Positions 37,721 to 51,559 of a stretch of DNA of 64,000 nt are shown piece after piece. Source of the stretch: Octopus sinensis (Eukaryota); contig NC_042998.1 in the NCBI RefSeq assembly GCF_006345805.1, positions 71,734,001 to 71,798,000 on the forward strand, read 5' to 3'. The translations under genes and the position numbers were made by a program. Every line of letters starts with the position of its first letter. The first letter of the stretch is position 1. The notes under the pieces are model-generated. The model saw only the letters and a program-made list of their open reading frames with translations. It was not told the DNA's origin and did not search any database.

Positions 37721-38464
37721 TAATACGATCACCATTTACGTAGACAAAATTACTTTTGATGTCTCTACCACTCAAAGTTCAAGACTATAGATTTTAGGCT
37801 TTACATTTTGACGGGCAATTCCAATTTCTTCATTAGTATTTTGTTTCTGTTTTTTTCTCAGTGCCAGAGAGAAATTCAATGACTTAAGATGTCAGGAAAT
37901 CTCATATTTGGATGGTGCTATAAATGCTTATAGAGAAATGATTTCCCTCAAATTAATTGCTTCAAAGGTGCGAAATAATCGAGACGATACGCTTCGGTTA
38001 AGAGCAACCGTTCAAATAATGCTTGATGAGGTCAGCCGCTATATTGCGCGTTTTCTAGCATTTATGATTTAAGAAGAAAATATTCGAATTGATATCTAAT
38101 ATACACCGTAAGTGATTCTGATAAAATATGTCCAGTATTTTGAGTCATCGGTAAATATACAAAGACGCTATGATAAATCAGTTTCAAGTTCCGGTTTCAC
38201 CAACTTTTCTTCATCAGTGTCAGAACCGCAACAGAGACGTTCTCAGTCCTTATGTTTATTTCGTTACCAAGGGGTCCAGACACATAAAGAATGCTATAAA
38301 GATACACCAAATAATCCACTACATCAAGTTTGGTTATGCATATGCAGACCTTTATAGAGGAACGCACACATCCATACATGTGTAATTGCACATAAGTACA
38401 TTGATAAAATTCCATATACCTATATATATCTATCTAACTATCTATTTATCCTTCTCTCTCTCTA

Positions 38465-38554
<90 letters not shown>

Positions 38555-39465
38555 GGAAGAGAGAGTAAAGAAGGGAGAGAGGAAATGGAGAGAGAAGGAG
38601 AAAGATTGTGAAAGTATGAAACGCATCTTACTAACTGCAAAAGTGTGAAACAGAAACCGGAAATTGTTTGACATCAGGCAAGTTCCTGATTCGACCGAAC
38701 CTAGCATAACGAGAAACTATAATCAATTTTTATGCGCATGTTATACACTTCTAACACAGAATATTAGCCATGATATGCAGTTCTGAGCTAACTTAAATTA
38801 GATTAGAAAACATGCCGCAGGAATTTTAGTTCCTGTATCGCGCGTATACTGTCGTTAAGATGTTTTCAAATATAATTTCTCCTCGGTGCCATTGCTATTG
38901 TTTCCATTTTCACTGGTTGCAGAACGAATTGATTTTAGTTTTATAAATCTTTTTTTGTTTTAAATGACTGTTTTGGAATCGAAATAATTCAATGGAGTTA
39001 ATTTTGCTATAAACCAATTAGATTGTTACAGAAAATGTTTAATTTTAGACAAGAAATTAGTGATATCTGATGAATATCCTGAAAGATAGCTTTATTAGGT
39101 TTCCACGAAATTGTCTTGAAATGAATAAACACTTCCTTGAAATTATAGTTTTCCATTTGTAAAAAAGAAACACATTTCTTTTTTAGGATCTGAAATTCTA
39201 TTTTCTCGAACGTTGTGAAATAGTTTATCGACGACGAAAAATAGGATGTAAATTAATACTATGAGGATTGTTTGCCATCAACTGAGAAGGTTACAATTAA
39301 ATTTTCAAATACTTTTCGTTCGGCCATCTCATTTACTGGTAACTATACTATAGAATGTCAGTCCACTATGCATCTGCATTCGCTTTGTAATTACATATTA
39401 TTAGATTATGCTATTCCTTCGACGTAATTGACTTTCATTATCTTCAGTAGAAAGAAAATGCAAAA

Positions 39466-39504
<39 letters not shown>

Positions 39505-40343
39505 AAGGCAAAGTCTGATTTTATGGGATTTAAAATCAAAATACATGTAATAATATGTAGTGCCATGGTAAAATGATATACAACACGCCTGCACACATAC
39601 ACACATTCGCAAGCGGATATTCTAGGACTAATTGTAATTTCTTTCTTATATTTAATTCCATATATAACCTATTACTGTTAGCTGATTTTAACGAAAAAGT
39701 AAATAAATAAATAACGTAAAGTATAGAATGTTTATTTAGCATATTCATGAATAAATGTGAATTTGCGATTGCTGAGATGAATCTTGTATAATGTAATGAT
39801 ATTATCGTACCTCACATAATTTAAGGAACAGTAACAACGAAAACGAAGCGAGTTTTTTGCTGCGATACTTGGTTTCTAATTTACGTGTTAAATAGCACCA
39901 TTCAATTTCTTCTTGACAATGTAGAACACAATTGAAGTTACAGGTGTATCATTATTTCTCATAGCGGTATAATTTATCTGTCCCAGAAAACATATTCATA
40001 ACAAAACGTTTATTGTGAGAACACATATTTGCAACTCTTTAAAAAAAATGTGTAGTAGAGACCTGAATGGAATTCGTTATCATAGTAGAAGCGTAAAATA
40101 GAGAATAATTTAGGCGTTGCTTTCTACATTGTATAAGAGAGTAGAATATACATACTTTTTATAAACAATTTACTCCTAAATGCCTATTAATAACTTACAA
40201 AACACCATTTTCTGCTCTATTTCTCCACAGTACTACTTTATGCTCAGAATGAGGCAAATTGATATGACCTATGTATATAAAAGGCAGTTTAATCTTCATT
40301 TGGAAATCTTATGAAAATAACAAGACAAATCAAGTGACTACTA

Positions 40344-40405
<62 letters not shown>

Positions 40406-40651
40406 AAATTCGAATCTACCGTCGAAAACAAGGTTTTGCTTAGAGTGATCATATGTATGTGCCATTCAATAGCTCACTTCCTCCATCAAATCGACATTTC
40501 CTGTTGAATTTCTCCGCGTGCCACACGTCAGACGTCGAAGTGGTCCCAGATCAACTTGAAAGGAAGTATTTTACTCCAGAACACGAATTGCCTGTGTGGA
40601 GATTGAAAATTAACACACGATCTAGTGATCGTAAGCGTGCTGCTGCTGCTG

Positions 40652-40685
<34 letters not shown>

Positions 40686-40745
40686 ACTACTACTACTACT
40701 ACTACTACTATACTACTACTACTAATAATAATAATAATAATAATA

Positions 40746-41070
40746 ATGTTCTTGTGGGATTTAAAAATCAAGTGTGATTCAGTGTTTGATGATCGGAGAC
40801 CAGACAATGTTGTGGTAGATTAAATGAAGGAAATATAGATCATAGTTATTGCCCTACCTGAGTATGTATGAATGTGTGAAGAAGAACAGGGAAAGATTAA
40901 TAAGAACTACCTTCTAAAAGATGAGATTGCGCGAATGTGGACAATGAATAAAGTCACTGACATTCCCGTAGTTTTAGGGGCACTGGGAGATTTATCCACC
41001 GGGGTTGAGAAATCTGATGAAAGTCTTTGAATTGACATAGGTGTAGAATATGCTCAGAAAACCGTTTGTT
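40746..41070 (+). mobile_element. R4/Dong RLE fragment directly after (TAA)n
   Basis: FLWDLKIKCDSVFDDRRPDNVVVD...LKDEIARMWTMNKVTDIPVVLGALG...EYAQKT. Confidence 0.75.
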
Positions 41071-41695
41071 TTTTGGGGGGAGGAGGGCGATGGTGGTACG
41101 TGCCGTGGAAAAAGACCACGTAACACTTTTGACAACATGTTGTTGTCTGCCCATATAGAATTAACCGGAGCAAGGGAAATCAAGAACTCTCAGAAGTGAA
41201 GTGGGATTAATAAAACGATAATATGAACTATTTGTTTTTGCAGTCAAAAATTCTATTTTTGAACCTAGCAATTATTATGAGAGTAGCTCTCTCAATCAAC
41301 AACTGGAGCCTTATTTTCTTTCAGTTACGTTTCAGAGAATTGTCGATATTTTAACACGTGATTAAACGAATACGCTAGATCAGTGAAGATGGTTTCTATG
41401 TAACATAATCTGCAGGTGAGCAGTGGCCTACTAAGGTCTTGTTCCTTTATCATTTATGGGGTCTCATCTTTTTCAATCACTGTGTGAATCTTATGTTACG
41501 TTTATTCATATTTAATTGAGCAGAGAACACACACTCCCTTATACATCAGATGGGCCAACAGCTGGGTCAAAGGCATATACAAGAGTGGTGATGGGATGTG
41601 CCCTTGTCATAGGAAATCAGTAAACTACGATGAATCAAGCATGACCGCAGTCGCTTGGCTGAAGGGAGCAAAAGAATAAAAGAATAAAAGAATAT

Positions 41696-41760
<65 letters not shown>

Positions 41761-41863
41761 TATATAACGGGAAGCTTTATGAAAAGACAAAAGACGAAGG
41801 CAGGTGGAAAACAAACGAACAATTGTATTAGTATGGCGCTCAGGAAATATAAATAAAACAAGT

Positions 41864-41899
41864 CTTTAACGTTTCGAGCCTACGCTCTTCAACAGAAAG
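41864..41899 (-). ncRNA. Hammerhead-like motif of the extra-A type with core CUGUUGA
   Basis: CTTT-CTGTTGA-A-GAGC(GTAG)GCTC-GAA-ACGT-T-AAAG, inside a (TA)n-flanked element at about 41765-41975. A6 is changed to U and position 17 is U. Confidence 0.45.
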
Positions 41900-42213
41900 A
41901 TACACAGAGAAAAAAAACACAGAAAGAAGGAGAGAAAAAAATGCGTGCAGTAGCTAACGAATCAACATGGCGATCTTATATATATATATATAGGTAATAA
42001 AAGCCAGTAAATTCTTCGGATAGTTCATATCCCTTAGATAGATATTTAGTTATTTAAAACTTAGCAAAAGATATGTGTGTGTATACATGTATGTATGCAT
42101 ATATATATATAGTTAATCCAAACATGAGAACACAAAGAGAAAACGCAACAACGCAAGGACATGGAACACGTATAGTATTATTGGACACTCAGGAAAGAAG
42201 GAAAGTAGGATGG

Positions 42214-42247
42214 TTCAATGTTACGAGAGGAGCTCTTCGTCAGAAAC
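42214..42247 (-). ncRNA. Degenerate sister HHR motif
   Basis: TTT-CTGACGA-A-GAG(CTCCT)CTC-GTAA-CATTGAA; GAAA has become GTAA. Flanking sequence resembles the 41.8-kb element. Confidence 0.3.
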
Positions 42248-42362
42248 ATAGGAAAAGGAAAGATCCAAAGAAGGGTAGACGGAGGAAAAAAATCGCCAAC
42301 GGTACACACGCGGTCACATTTTGACTATATATATATATATATTATATACACGCACACACACG

Positions 42363-42404
<42 letters not shown>

Positions 42405-43047
42405 AGTATTTTCTCGACCTCAAAGAATAACACCTCGACAATAAATAAATATGCACCCTTCGATCCGTAACTCGTAGCTACTGAGCAAAAATTTAAATAG
42501 GAAACAAACTCTGAATAGCAATGTAATTTGGGCGTAAAAGGCCTAGAGAGAATCAACAATAACCTAACAAGGCTGAGATAAATAGGATTTGAGAAGAACC
42601 GTAATGGTCAACTGATAATGCGTAACTGGAAATATACGTAGGACTTTCAGAAAAGGAATTTTAACCAAACAGAAAATAAATAACCTAACGGGAAAAAGAA
42701 GACAAACAGAAACAGAATAATCATTAGACCTTATCGCGATATGTACAAATATATCACAAGACTCATTCAATGTAATAAAATGAGATATAAACAACTCAGG
42801 AACATACCAAGTTATAATGAATAAAACAATGCACACATCGTGGGCTTGAATAAAACAAAAGAGTGAAACGACATTTATACGCTTAAATATACGGATATAC
42901 ATCTATATTTATTAAACTATGACTGCACATTGTGTGTTATTATACAGGCACACACGCATATATATATATACATAGATGCACACACACACGCACACACACA
43001 CTCACACACACACACCCACACACACCCACCCACACACACACACACAC

Positions 43048-43112
<65 letters not shown>

Positions 43113-43113
<1 letters not shown>

Positions 43114-43340
43114 TTATTTACTACCCACAAGGGGCTAAACACGGAGAGGACAAACAAGGACAGTCAAACGGATTAAGTCGATTACATCGACCCCAGTGCG
43201 TAACTGGTACTTAATTTATCGACCCCGAAAGGATGAAAGGCAAACTCAACCTCGGCGAAATTTGAACACAGAACGTAACGGCAGACGAAATACGGCTACG
43301 CACTTCGCCCGGCGTGCCAACGTTTCTGCCAGCTCGCCTT
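43113..43340 (-). mobile_element. tRNA-derived SINE, same family as 5064
   Basis: The reverse complement aligns over its full length with 5064-5294. Confidence 0.85.
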
Positions 43341-43362
43341 CACAGACACACACATATATAAT

Positions 43363-43422
<60 letters not shown>

Positions 43423-43504
43423 GCAATAATATATCTCTGAGGGAGGTATAAACAGTAGCTGCACGATATCGTGAAGTATATTTGTCACTTAAATATGACC
43501 GATG

Positions 43505-43580
43505 CTTAAGGATTGATGCTACTGTAGCTTGTAGCCGCAGGAAGACATCTCCAACTGGTTATTGACACACTTACTGTGCT
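43505..43580. repeat. Diverged remnant of the 350-bp HHR element family
   Basis: CTTAAGGATTGATGCTACTGTAGCTTGTAGCCGCAGGAAGACATCTCCCAACTGG...GACACACTT.CTGTG aligns with about 15734-15810. Confidence 0.6.
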
Positions 43581-44036
43581 GTGTCTCCAGCCTGACGTGA
43601 TGCATATGAAAGAAATATTTACAGTAGAAAGTTATTTTTATATGCATAAAAATGGTTTCACAGAAAGTGAACTGGTTGGTGTATAAATCGCCATTTCTTA
43701 TTAAATATCACCTAATTCATTTTGCTTAGCGTCATCTTTACCTCTAAAGAAGGGTATACAGGTGAAATGTTTGACGTATTAGTACGTGATGTGCAAACAG
43801 TGGTGAACTATTTCACAAGTTATTTGCGTTATAGATTAAATGAGATTTGGAAGAGAATCTGTGAGGCATAACAATATTTTGCGTATTACTGTTGGAATAT
43901 GGTTTGTAGAAGTTAATTATTTTATGTTGCCTATAATGCATGCATGTGATATATCTGTATCTCTCTCTTTCTCTCACACACACTCTCTGTCTGTCTGTCT
44001 GTCTCTCTCTGTCTCTCTCTCTCTATCTGTCTCTCG

Positions 44037-44089
<53 letters not shown>

Positions 44090-44285
44090 AATTTTTTGCA
44101 TAATGAGATAAAAAAAACAAGGCTGTATAGATATTAGATCATTTATAGATAGCAGGTCTTACAGCTGTTTCTAGAATATTAAGTATCCATACACCTGTCT
44201 TCGTCTTCTGTTTTTTTTATTAATTTCAACTATATATAAATATTATATATGCATACATACGTTAATATATATGTATATATATATA

Positions 44286-44335
<50 letters not shown>

Positions 44336-44916
44336 ACACATATATATATGCATATATATGTAAATATGTATATGTGCATATATATAAATATGTATGTATA
44401 TACATATAAATATGGATTTTAAATTTTATATATATGTGCACACCTCTTAACACACACGCACACACATATATGCACACACAGACACACACATATATATTCA
44501 CACACATACACACATAAAAACGTACGGACACACATATCTGTTTACGTAAACACAAGATTGTTATACTTCAACATTTGTATTTCACTATTGAATACTAATA
44601 ATTATAGTTGTAAGGAAACCACTATACTGATAAAGTTTGAATTTACGTCGAGCTCTAAACAGAGGAGTAGCATCTTGCACGTTTAACGACACAAGTTTAT
44701 ACCATATCCACGTATATATCTTGCCATGAGGAAGGGATATAATCCAGCAAGCATTAGTCTACAGGTTAGAAATGGGCAGGAAAGTCCCTTGCTCCCAGTA
44801 TACAGGCACATACCATGTATCAGTAATGTTGCTACATATCTCTCGCTCAGAGATTTAAAACTGGTTGTTTCTCTCTGTTTTATATACATATATAGATACA
44901 TATATATATATATATG

Positions 44917-44959
<43 letters not shown>

Positions 44960-45765
44960 AAGACTGCATGCAAGGGAGGTAAGCAGTTCTGAAAGTTATG
45001 CAATTATGTTAATACGATTAACAGAGTATGAATGGTATATGGGATGTATGATGATCATTGAGATTATTGGTATTAGTAAGGTTAATAGTGTCCCTATTTA
45101 TACCCCGACGCTCGGGTATATTCTAAATGATTGGAATGGAAGACATAGCGCATTGGAAAGTTTATTTTTCACAACGATAATTTCGGCAAACGTCTGCTCT
45201 GCCCTCTTGTGTGTGTGGATCTATATAATGAAATCGAATGTGCCCTGCTGTGCAGAAGAATTTTTACCAGGTTACATAAAATGCCTCTAAGTTATAAATT
45301 TTCATTTCGCTCATAGTTCTATGTGGGTGATGTTCTTAGTACTGGTATGTTGGCAGTAGTCGGTTCCCAAAAATTATTGTTGGAGCAGAATATATATATA
45401 TACGAATAAGAGATCCACATATGGAAAGCTCGTCGTAGTGTTCAAATACAAAATTTTAAGAAAACTAAGAGAAGAAGGTTTGGTAATTTAGCGCCAGCAG
45501 TTGCTTGCAGGGTTGCTAAATTACCAAATATTTGTAATGTTGGTAAATGGAGGCAGCAAAATATCATAGATATGCAACCAGTAGTAGATGCTTATGAACA
45601 CTGACGTAAACCCGGATCTCATCTTCAGGGTTGAAAAATTGGCAATATATATATATATATATATACTTATATATGTATGTATGTATGTATGTTTATATGC
45701 ATATGTGTGCGTATATATATATATACATATATATTAGGAGCTTTCAGGACATTTATAAAGAAATA

Positions 45766-45813
45766 GTCTTACAGCTGTTTCCGGAATATTATAGATAGCC
45801 CTTCATCAAAGAC
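45766..45813 (-). ncRNA. Degenerate HHR with ACAGCTGT palindromic stem III
   Basis: GTCT-TTGATGA-AGGG...TTCCG-GAA-ACAGCTGT-A-AGAC; stem II is imperfect. The same GAAACAGCTGTAAGAC end occurs at about 44156-44171 on the minus strand. Confidence 0.45.
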
Positions 45814-46094
45814 AGTGTGAGAAGGTTAAATAGAGGAAAAGTTTGTGTTCGAATTATTATGGAAAGGAGGATATAGGGAATATAGAGGGAAATAGGAGAA
45901 TGAAAGTAGAAATAATATATATAAAGCTACCGCAGTTGCAGTTCGATTATTCGAGGAAAATGGTGTATACAATTGGTAAAAATGTATCCTGTACATGGTA
46001 TGTAAGTTCCAATAGCAGTTTATGTTTAGGCCTTTCAAAGTATAGAGCGGTGTAATCTGTGTTGCTCGATCGAAAAGGTTTTGTGGTGTGTTAT

Positions 46095-46138
<44 letters not shown>

Positions 46139-47319
46139 ACATAAACACTTATATGTATGCATGTATGTTTGTTTATATACTGCTTTCTTAATAGTGAGTT
46201 ACTACTGATATGTTTTATCTTAAAACAAATGCACATATTCGATCTTCTCAATTTTCGTCACTAATTGCGGATATCTATTTTAAAACCATTTACTCATGAA
46301 AGATAACAAGGAAATAAAATCTCTAATTTTGTTAATGTTTTAGAAGCTGGGATATTTTCTAAATATAAGTACCAAAGCATGCGTTATATGATTTTCCAAT
46401 ATAATTCTAGTTTACTATCAAAATATATCTCAGGTAAATGTGAGAACATAAAAGGCTAGTTTTCCATATGTCACGAAATATTCCATGTTTCAGTACGAGA
46501 GGAAATTGTAGACAAATTCGTATATCGTTTGACTTAAGCTATGAAATCATTTTAAGGATAAAACGAAATAAGAAAGGATGAGGAACGGTTGAGTTGTAGG
46601 CTGCTAAACCTATCTTGCAGTAATTGTAGTAGATAGAAATCTGAATTAATTGCATTGGAAATCAATAACTCATTTCACAATCTTTGAATACCGCTTTCCA
46701 TTTTCCATTTTCATTCACATTTGAGATATAAATGAGTGAACGCTTGCCAATTCCATCTCTGCTCGGAACAGCCGACAACAAACTGTCTCGAAACGTTCAG
46801 GATCAACCAAACAGTTAATGATTTGAAGGAAAATGCCTATTCAAACATTTACAATCAAACCTATGCGTCAGTAAATATTTTAATCATATACATTAAATGT
46901 AAGCCACATATTCCACTGCCTCACTTAAGGTGATATGATGTACAACATACATGAATATACCGTGATTCTAGTAATCCATTTGGATCCTTCTGCGTTTATA
47001 CTTCTTCTACTGACATGGACATGATAATCTGTTATTTAACTTACACTAAACTATATCAGGCCGCCTCCATAAAATGAATTAAGTGTTAATTGTGCCCTTC
47101 AGAGAATATATTAAATGGTAAACATTCCAAAGTATGAGAACAAATGACTGAATGAATAAAAAGTAGACGTAATACAAAAAGACATGAAACATTATTATAC
47201 ATGCTTACAACATGTATCTCACATTTTCAGAAACTTATATCCACAATTTGTTTATTCGAAATTAAGTTAGGAAATCGTAGCAGATATAATCATTATGATT
47301 TATAAAGATAAATAAAGTA

Positions 47320-47744
47320 TTATCTTGTTTCACATGAAATGTCGAATTTGGAAGGTAACAATAAAATGTTTCAGAAGTGTTAGACAACTGATTTATTTAA
47401 TCAAAGTATGATCCATGCCTACACCTTGGTTTATTTTCAGAACAAGAGATTTGGAACCATCTCTGAACAGTTCTGATATCAACAAAACCATTGCCAAAGT
47501 CCCGTTTGATATTCTGTAAAGCTTCTGTAGCTGAGTGACTCTGTTTGTATTCATACGAGAAAATCACGCAACATAGTTTGGCTGTTATCATTTTCATAAT
47601 GTCGGTGGGTACGAATTGTGTGTACCAATATTGTTGGGAAGGAAAAAAGAGTCAAGATTAAATGCAAGGTATACACAATTGAGTCTTTAAATGACTGACA
47701 TAACAAGTAATCAAAAATGCAACATTTCATGTGAAACAACCTAA
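47320..47744 (-). mobile_element. Internally deleted mariner element with both TIRs and TA target duplication
   Basis: Left end TTATCTTGTTTCACATGAAATG versus reverse complement of the right end TTAGGTTGTTTCACATGAAATG; TA on both flanks. Remnant HTH: IFSYEYKQSHSATEALQNIKRDFG...RTVQRWFQ. Confidence 0.8.
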
Positions 47745-47949
47745 TATATTACTATAATCAGTGTTTCTTTCTGTAAATATAATACTTCTAGAGTTTTGTC
47801 TTTGAGCGGCGCTTTGTATTTCTCTCTCTCTCACGCTTTGTCTTTCTCCATATATATTTGTTTCTCTCTCTCTCTGTTTCTGTATCTCCTTGTTTCTCGC
47901 TTTGTCTCTATTTTTCTGTCACAGTCAACACGAATCATCCACCTGTCTT

Positions 47950-48170
47950 TTACCGTCAATTATTCTTAAGTGGGTTGCGGAGGTACCTCCTCCATGATGT
48001 CCAATCAGAGACAACATTTGTTACATTTTTCGGTTGGATTACCAAGCGTGGACAAATGAGAATACGGATCGTATCCAACCATCTCGTTCTTTGTCTGCTC
48101 TTAGATCTGCTGCAGGTTGATTCGGATCCGTTTTGCAATTATGTCCTACGACATACTAATCCATAAAACT
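47950..48170 (-). mobile_element. RTE-clade LINE C-terminal fragment
   Basis: RSKSRQRTRWLDTIR...NVVSDWTSWRRY resembles the RTE/BovB RGRQRxRWLD...DRxxWR motif. Confidence 0.6.
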
Positions 48171-48559
48171 GGAGTTCTTACCTAACAATGGGAAGAAGTG
48201 TAGCCTCGACCTACTGAGACACATTTCTCCGAACTACAACCCTCTTGAGTAACATTCCAGAGATCATTTGGAGTAACTTTATTACGGTCACTTGTATTTG
48301 GGATTATCTTTTAGTTTGATCAATTATATTTGATAACAGAGCTATGGTATCGACAAAATATGTGTCACATATAACAGTTGGTGGGTTTCACCTATGTCTC
48401 CATTGTAAAACCAAGATCATGTTCATTAACAATGGCTTTCCCCTTGGTATGGTCAAGAGTAAACTTATGGTAGGAGTATTTTGTTAAATAACATGAACAA
48501 TATCTTTGAGAGTTAAAGGAAATATTGACAAAGAATTTGAGCGTCGGCTTCTTGTTGGT

Positions 48560-48990
48560 GATTACAAAATGCAGCTGATAGATATAATCGAGTCGAAACT
48601 GAACATAAAGACAACAGGCTTAGATAATATACAAGTAGAAATCTGGAAAATATGTATCAACAATGGGCTGGATCAGATCTGCCATAATCCTTTAAAATAA
48701 GACGTAATGAAGTCTGGAACAAAAATACGAATAGTACCCCAACATCAGATAGGTTATCTGGTATATACAGCAAATTGCAGAGGAATTACTTGTAATTGTA
48801 GCCAAATTCAACAAGAGAATGTTGCTAAACAGAATAAGGCTACATCTAGACCCAAAACTCAGAAAAAAACAAAATAGTTTCAGACATAATACATCAACTG
48901 TCTTGTAACTGTAGACACTGCGGAGGATACTTGAAGGCGTCAGATAAAAGACTTGATTCAAGTGATTAATAATTCTCAAGTACTTTCATC
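48560..48990 (+). mobile_element. RTE-type LINE reverse transcriptase fragment
   Basis: KTTGLDNIQVEIWK; TANCRGIT; RMLLNRIRLHLDPKLRKKQNSFR; TLRRILEGVR. Confidence 0.7.
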
Positions 48991-50209
48991 CTTTCAAATT
49001 TGAGAAATCCAACATTATTTTGGAACTACAGTATAATTTCACTACGAAATTTTCTTTATTTTCACATACATACATTCGGACGCACGCACATAAAGACTCA
49101 TACACATATACACATGTACACATACACTCTATGAATAACACTTCCCAGCTTTCCAGAGCAAATGCAAAAAAAATATTCTCAGATATTCTCATAGAAAAAA
49201 TATACTGTGTTTCATAAAACTGCACACAGATAATGTTGACTCAAAAACAAATCTTCGTTTTCTTCTTGTTTATAAAGAAGTATTTAAGCAAAATAACACA
49301 CACAAAAAAAATCTATTTTGACACACACTTACAGACAAATATGAAGCTAAGCATAACTTCAAAATAACAAAATAATTTTAAAGAGGTAAAATTTGTAAAC
49401 GTAATTCTAAATAAACAGAATAAACCAACTTCAGAGCGACGAAGAGACGCCATGTCTGAAAGCAGTAAACTGGTAAATGCTAGATGGGGCTCTGCCTCGC
49501 AGCGGACTCATGGATTATGATTCAATGACATTGCTGTCAAAATTGCCCCACTTTTCAGCAATCGATCCGCAAGATATGGAATCACTTCAATTTTATATTT
49601 GAAAAATTCATTCAACGTTACATTAGACATATTAATAAGCCCCATCAGTACTATTTTCTGGTAGAAAAAAACCCAGAAAAGAACAATTACAAATTAGCTC
49701 TGATCCCTTCGATTTTTTGTTTGCCTATGTCACTACACAGCATATTTGTAGTCGTTATCGTTGTCATTGTCTCTAACTTTATGAAATATAATTTCTTCTA
49801 TCAAATACAACTTCTATTACAACCAACTATTTGAACTTATTTTGTCCTTTTCTTCAACGCCTCAGTTCAACAATACATCTCCTAGTATCACAACACCACT
49901 GAATCCAATTAGTGCGGGGGCCATGAAATCAACCCAAACTGAAATTTACCTACCCGTACAACAACACAACCTAAATCAATAGACTCCGGAATATCTTATT
50001 AAATTTCTCTTGAGACACCTGCAGATCTCAACCAGATTATTATCAGAAAAAGGTAGTTTTGTATGCTGATAATAAAAATCACTTTCATTTGTGCTAGATT
50101 TTAATACGAGTTGCAATTTTAATAGAAGTTGCACCAATGTAGACAATTTCAAAACATCTGGTGGAAATTTGAAGTGTTTCAATACTGGGGCGAGATTTAA
50201 CAAGAAACA

Positions 50210-51130
50210 CTCCGAAGCAATCACAAAAAGGCAATAACTTCACTCTCCACCCGCACGAACACAGCAGGATCCTGAAGTCTATACTCTAAATGCGATCATA
50301 TGCCTACCAATTAAATTCGGCTGTGTTGAGACAAGTAAATTTCCTGCTAGAATCCTGAACGTGTGTAGCGCCAACTTGAATGCCAACTTGGTAGTCTCCT
50401 CAGACTTTCCATCTGGTGAGGAGTTTTTTCCCAGTACATTATCTATCTCAGTTCCTCATGCCTGTTCTCAATAGAGAACTGAATTTGCTTGAGTGAAGTA
50501 CAGTCCGATCGCAACCCCTCATTTGATTTTTGTGTAATATATATAAATAACTATCTTTCTACTTAAAAATCAGCTCGGAGATCCCCATGGTTTCTGTGGT
50601 GGAAGAGACAGCAGCACACTGTTGCAGCAACATTATAACAACCCAAATGCGCGTAGAGAGGTCTCCTACAAAAATATCATTTATCTTCGATAAAGTTTTC
50701 GAGAGTGACAAACACGGCATTGTGCTATGGAAGTCATCCATCACGGGAGTCCGAGTACAGCTAGTGCGGTGGTTTCCTAATAAAAATGAATTCAACATGT
50801 AGTAATTGATAGAAATATCTGAAGACTGGCAATGTTACTTACATTTGTGTAATGCGGAAAAAATTCCATCAAAACTATTCATGTTACGTAAGGCTAGGCC
50901 TCAATCACATATGCTCTGTAAATATGAAAAACGAGCTCGCATTACATGACTGCATAGTGGCAGACGTTCCTCCTTCTAATTTATTCCATATACACCTTAA
51001 AGAAATCGAAAAAGACAAAGACACTAACCTTTTTAAAGTCACCAGGAAAATTTCTCCAAAATATACCAGGCAATGCATTGAGAGTCTGATAAATATTGCA
51101 AACAACAGCACCTAACTCGACTAGGCTATG
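50210..51130 (+). mobile_element. Old CR1/L2-type reverse transcriptase remnant
   Basis: In colinear order: KYSPIATPH (like NYRPISLTSH), HGFCGGRDSSTLLQQHY, IIYL/FDKVFESDKHGIVLWK...QLVRWF, DVPPSNLFHIHL, TRKIS. Confidence 0.55.
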
Positions 51131-51559
51131 AAGTCTACGTCAATGTATCAGCAGCAAACGTGCAACGCCTCTGTTTACCACAGTGAAGGTGTTAGAGTAA
51201 CTATGGTCTCTCCTCACGCAACAGATTTCAATTAGCAGTATATTTCTGGCTTAGTTTTGCCCAGAAAGAAAAGAAGGAAACAATTATGTAATTACTTCTC
51301 TGTCCCTAATCCTATTTTCTTTCCATTTCAACCGTTCTCTACTTCCTGACATTTCTTTTATTGAGTGTATATTATTTTTCTGTGTAGAAATTGAATTTTT
51401 TTTTCTATTTGCTATTGATAATATTAAGGAAAGGGGGTAATATTATCTTGCTCATCCCAACTGTATTTTGCTTCCAACGACGTTTGCTTTGCTTTCCTTT
51501 TCGTTTTTAACTACTGCGGATGCTACTCAAGTTATTGTACCATCTCGGTGATACTGATA

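Noticed and set aside
45601-45632. CTGAAGA-containing motif on the minus strand
   Set aside because: No GAAA and no stem II, so it cannot be called a hammerhead.
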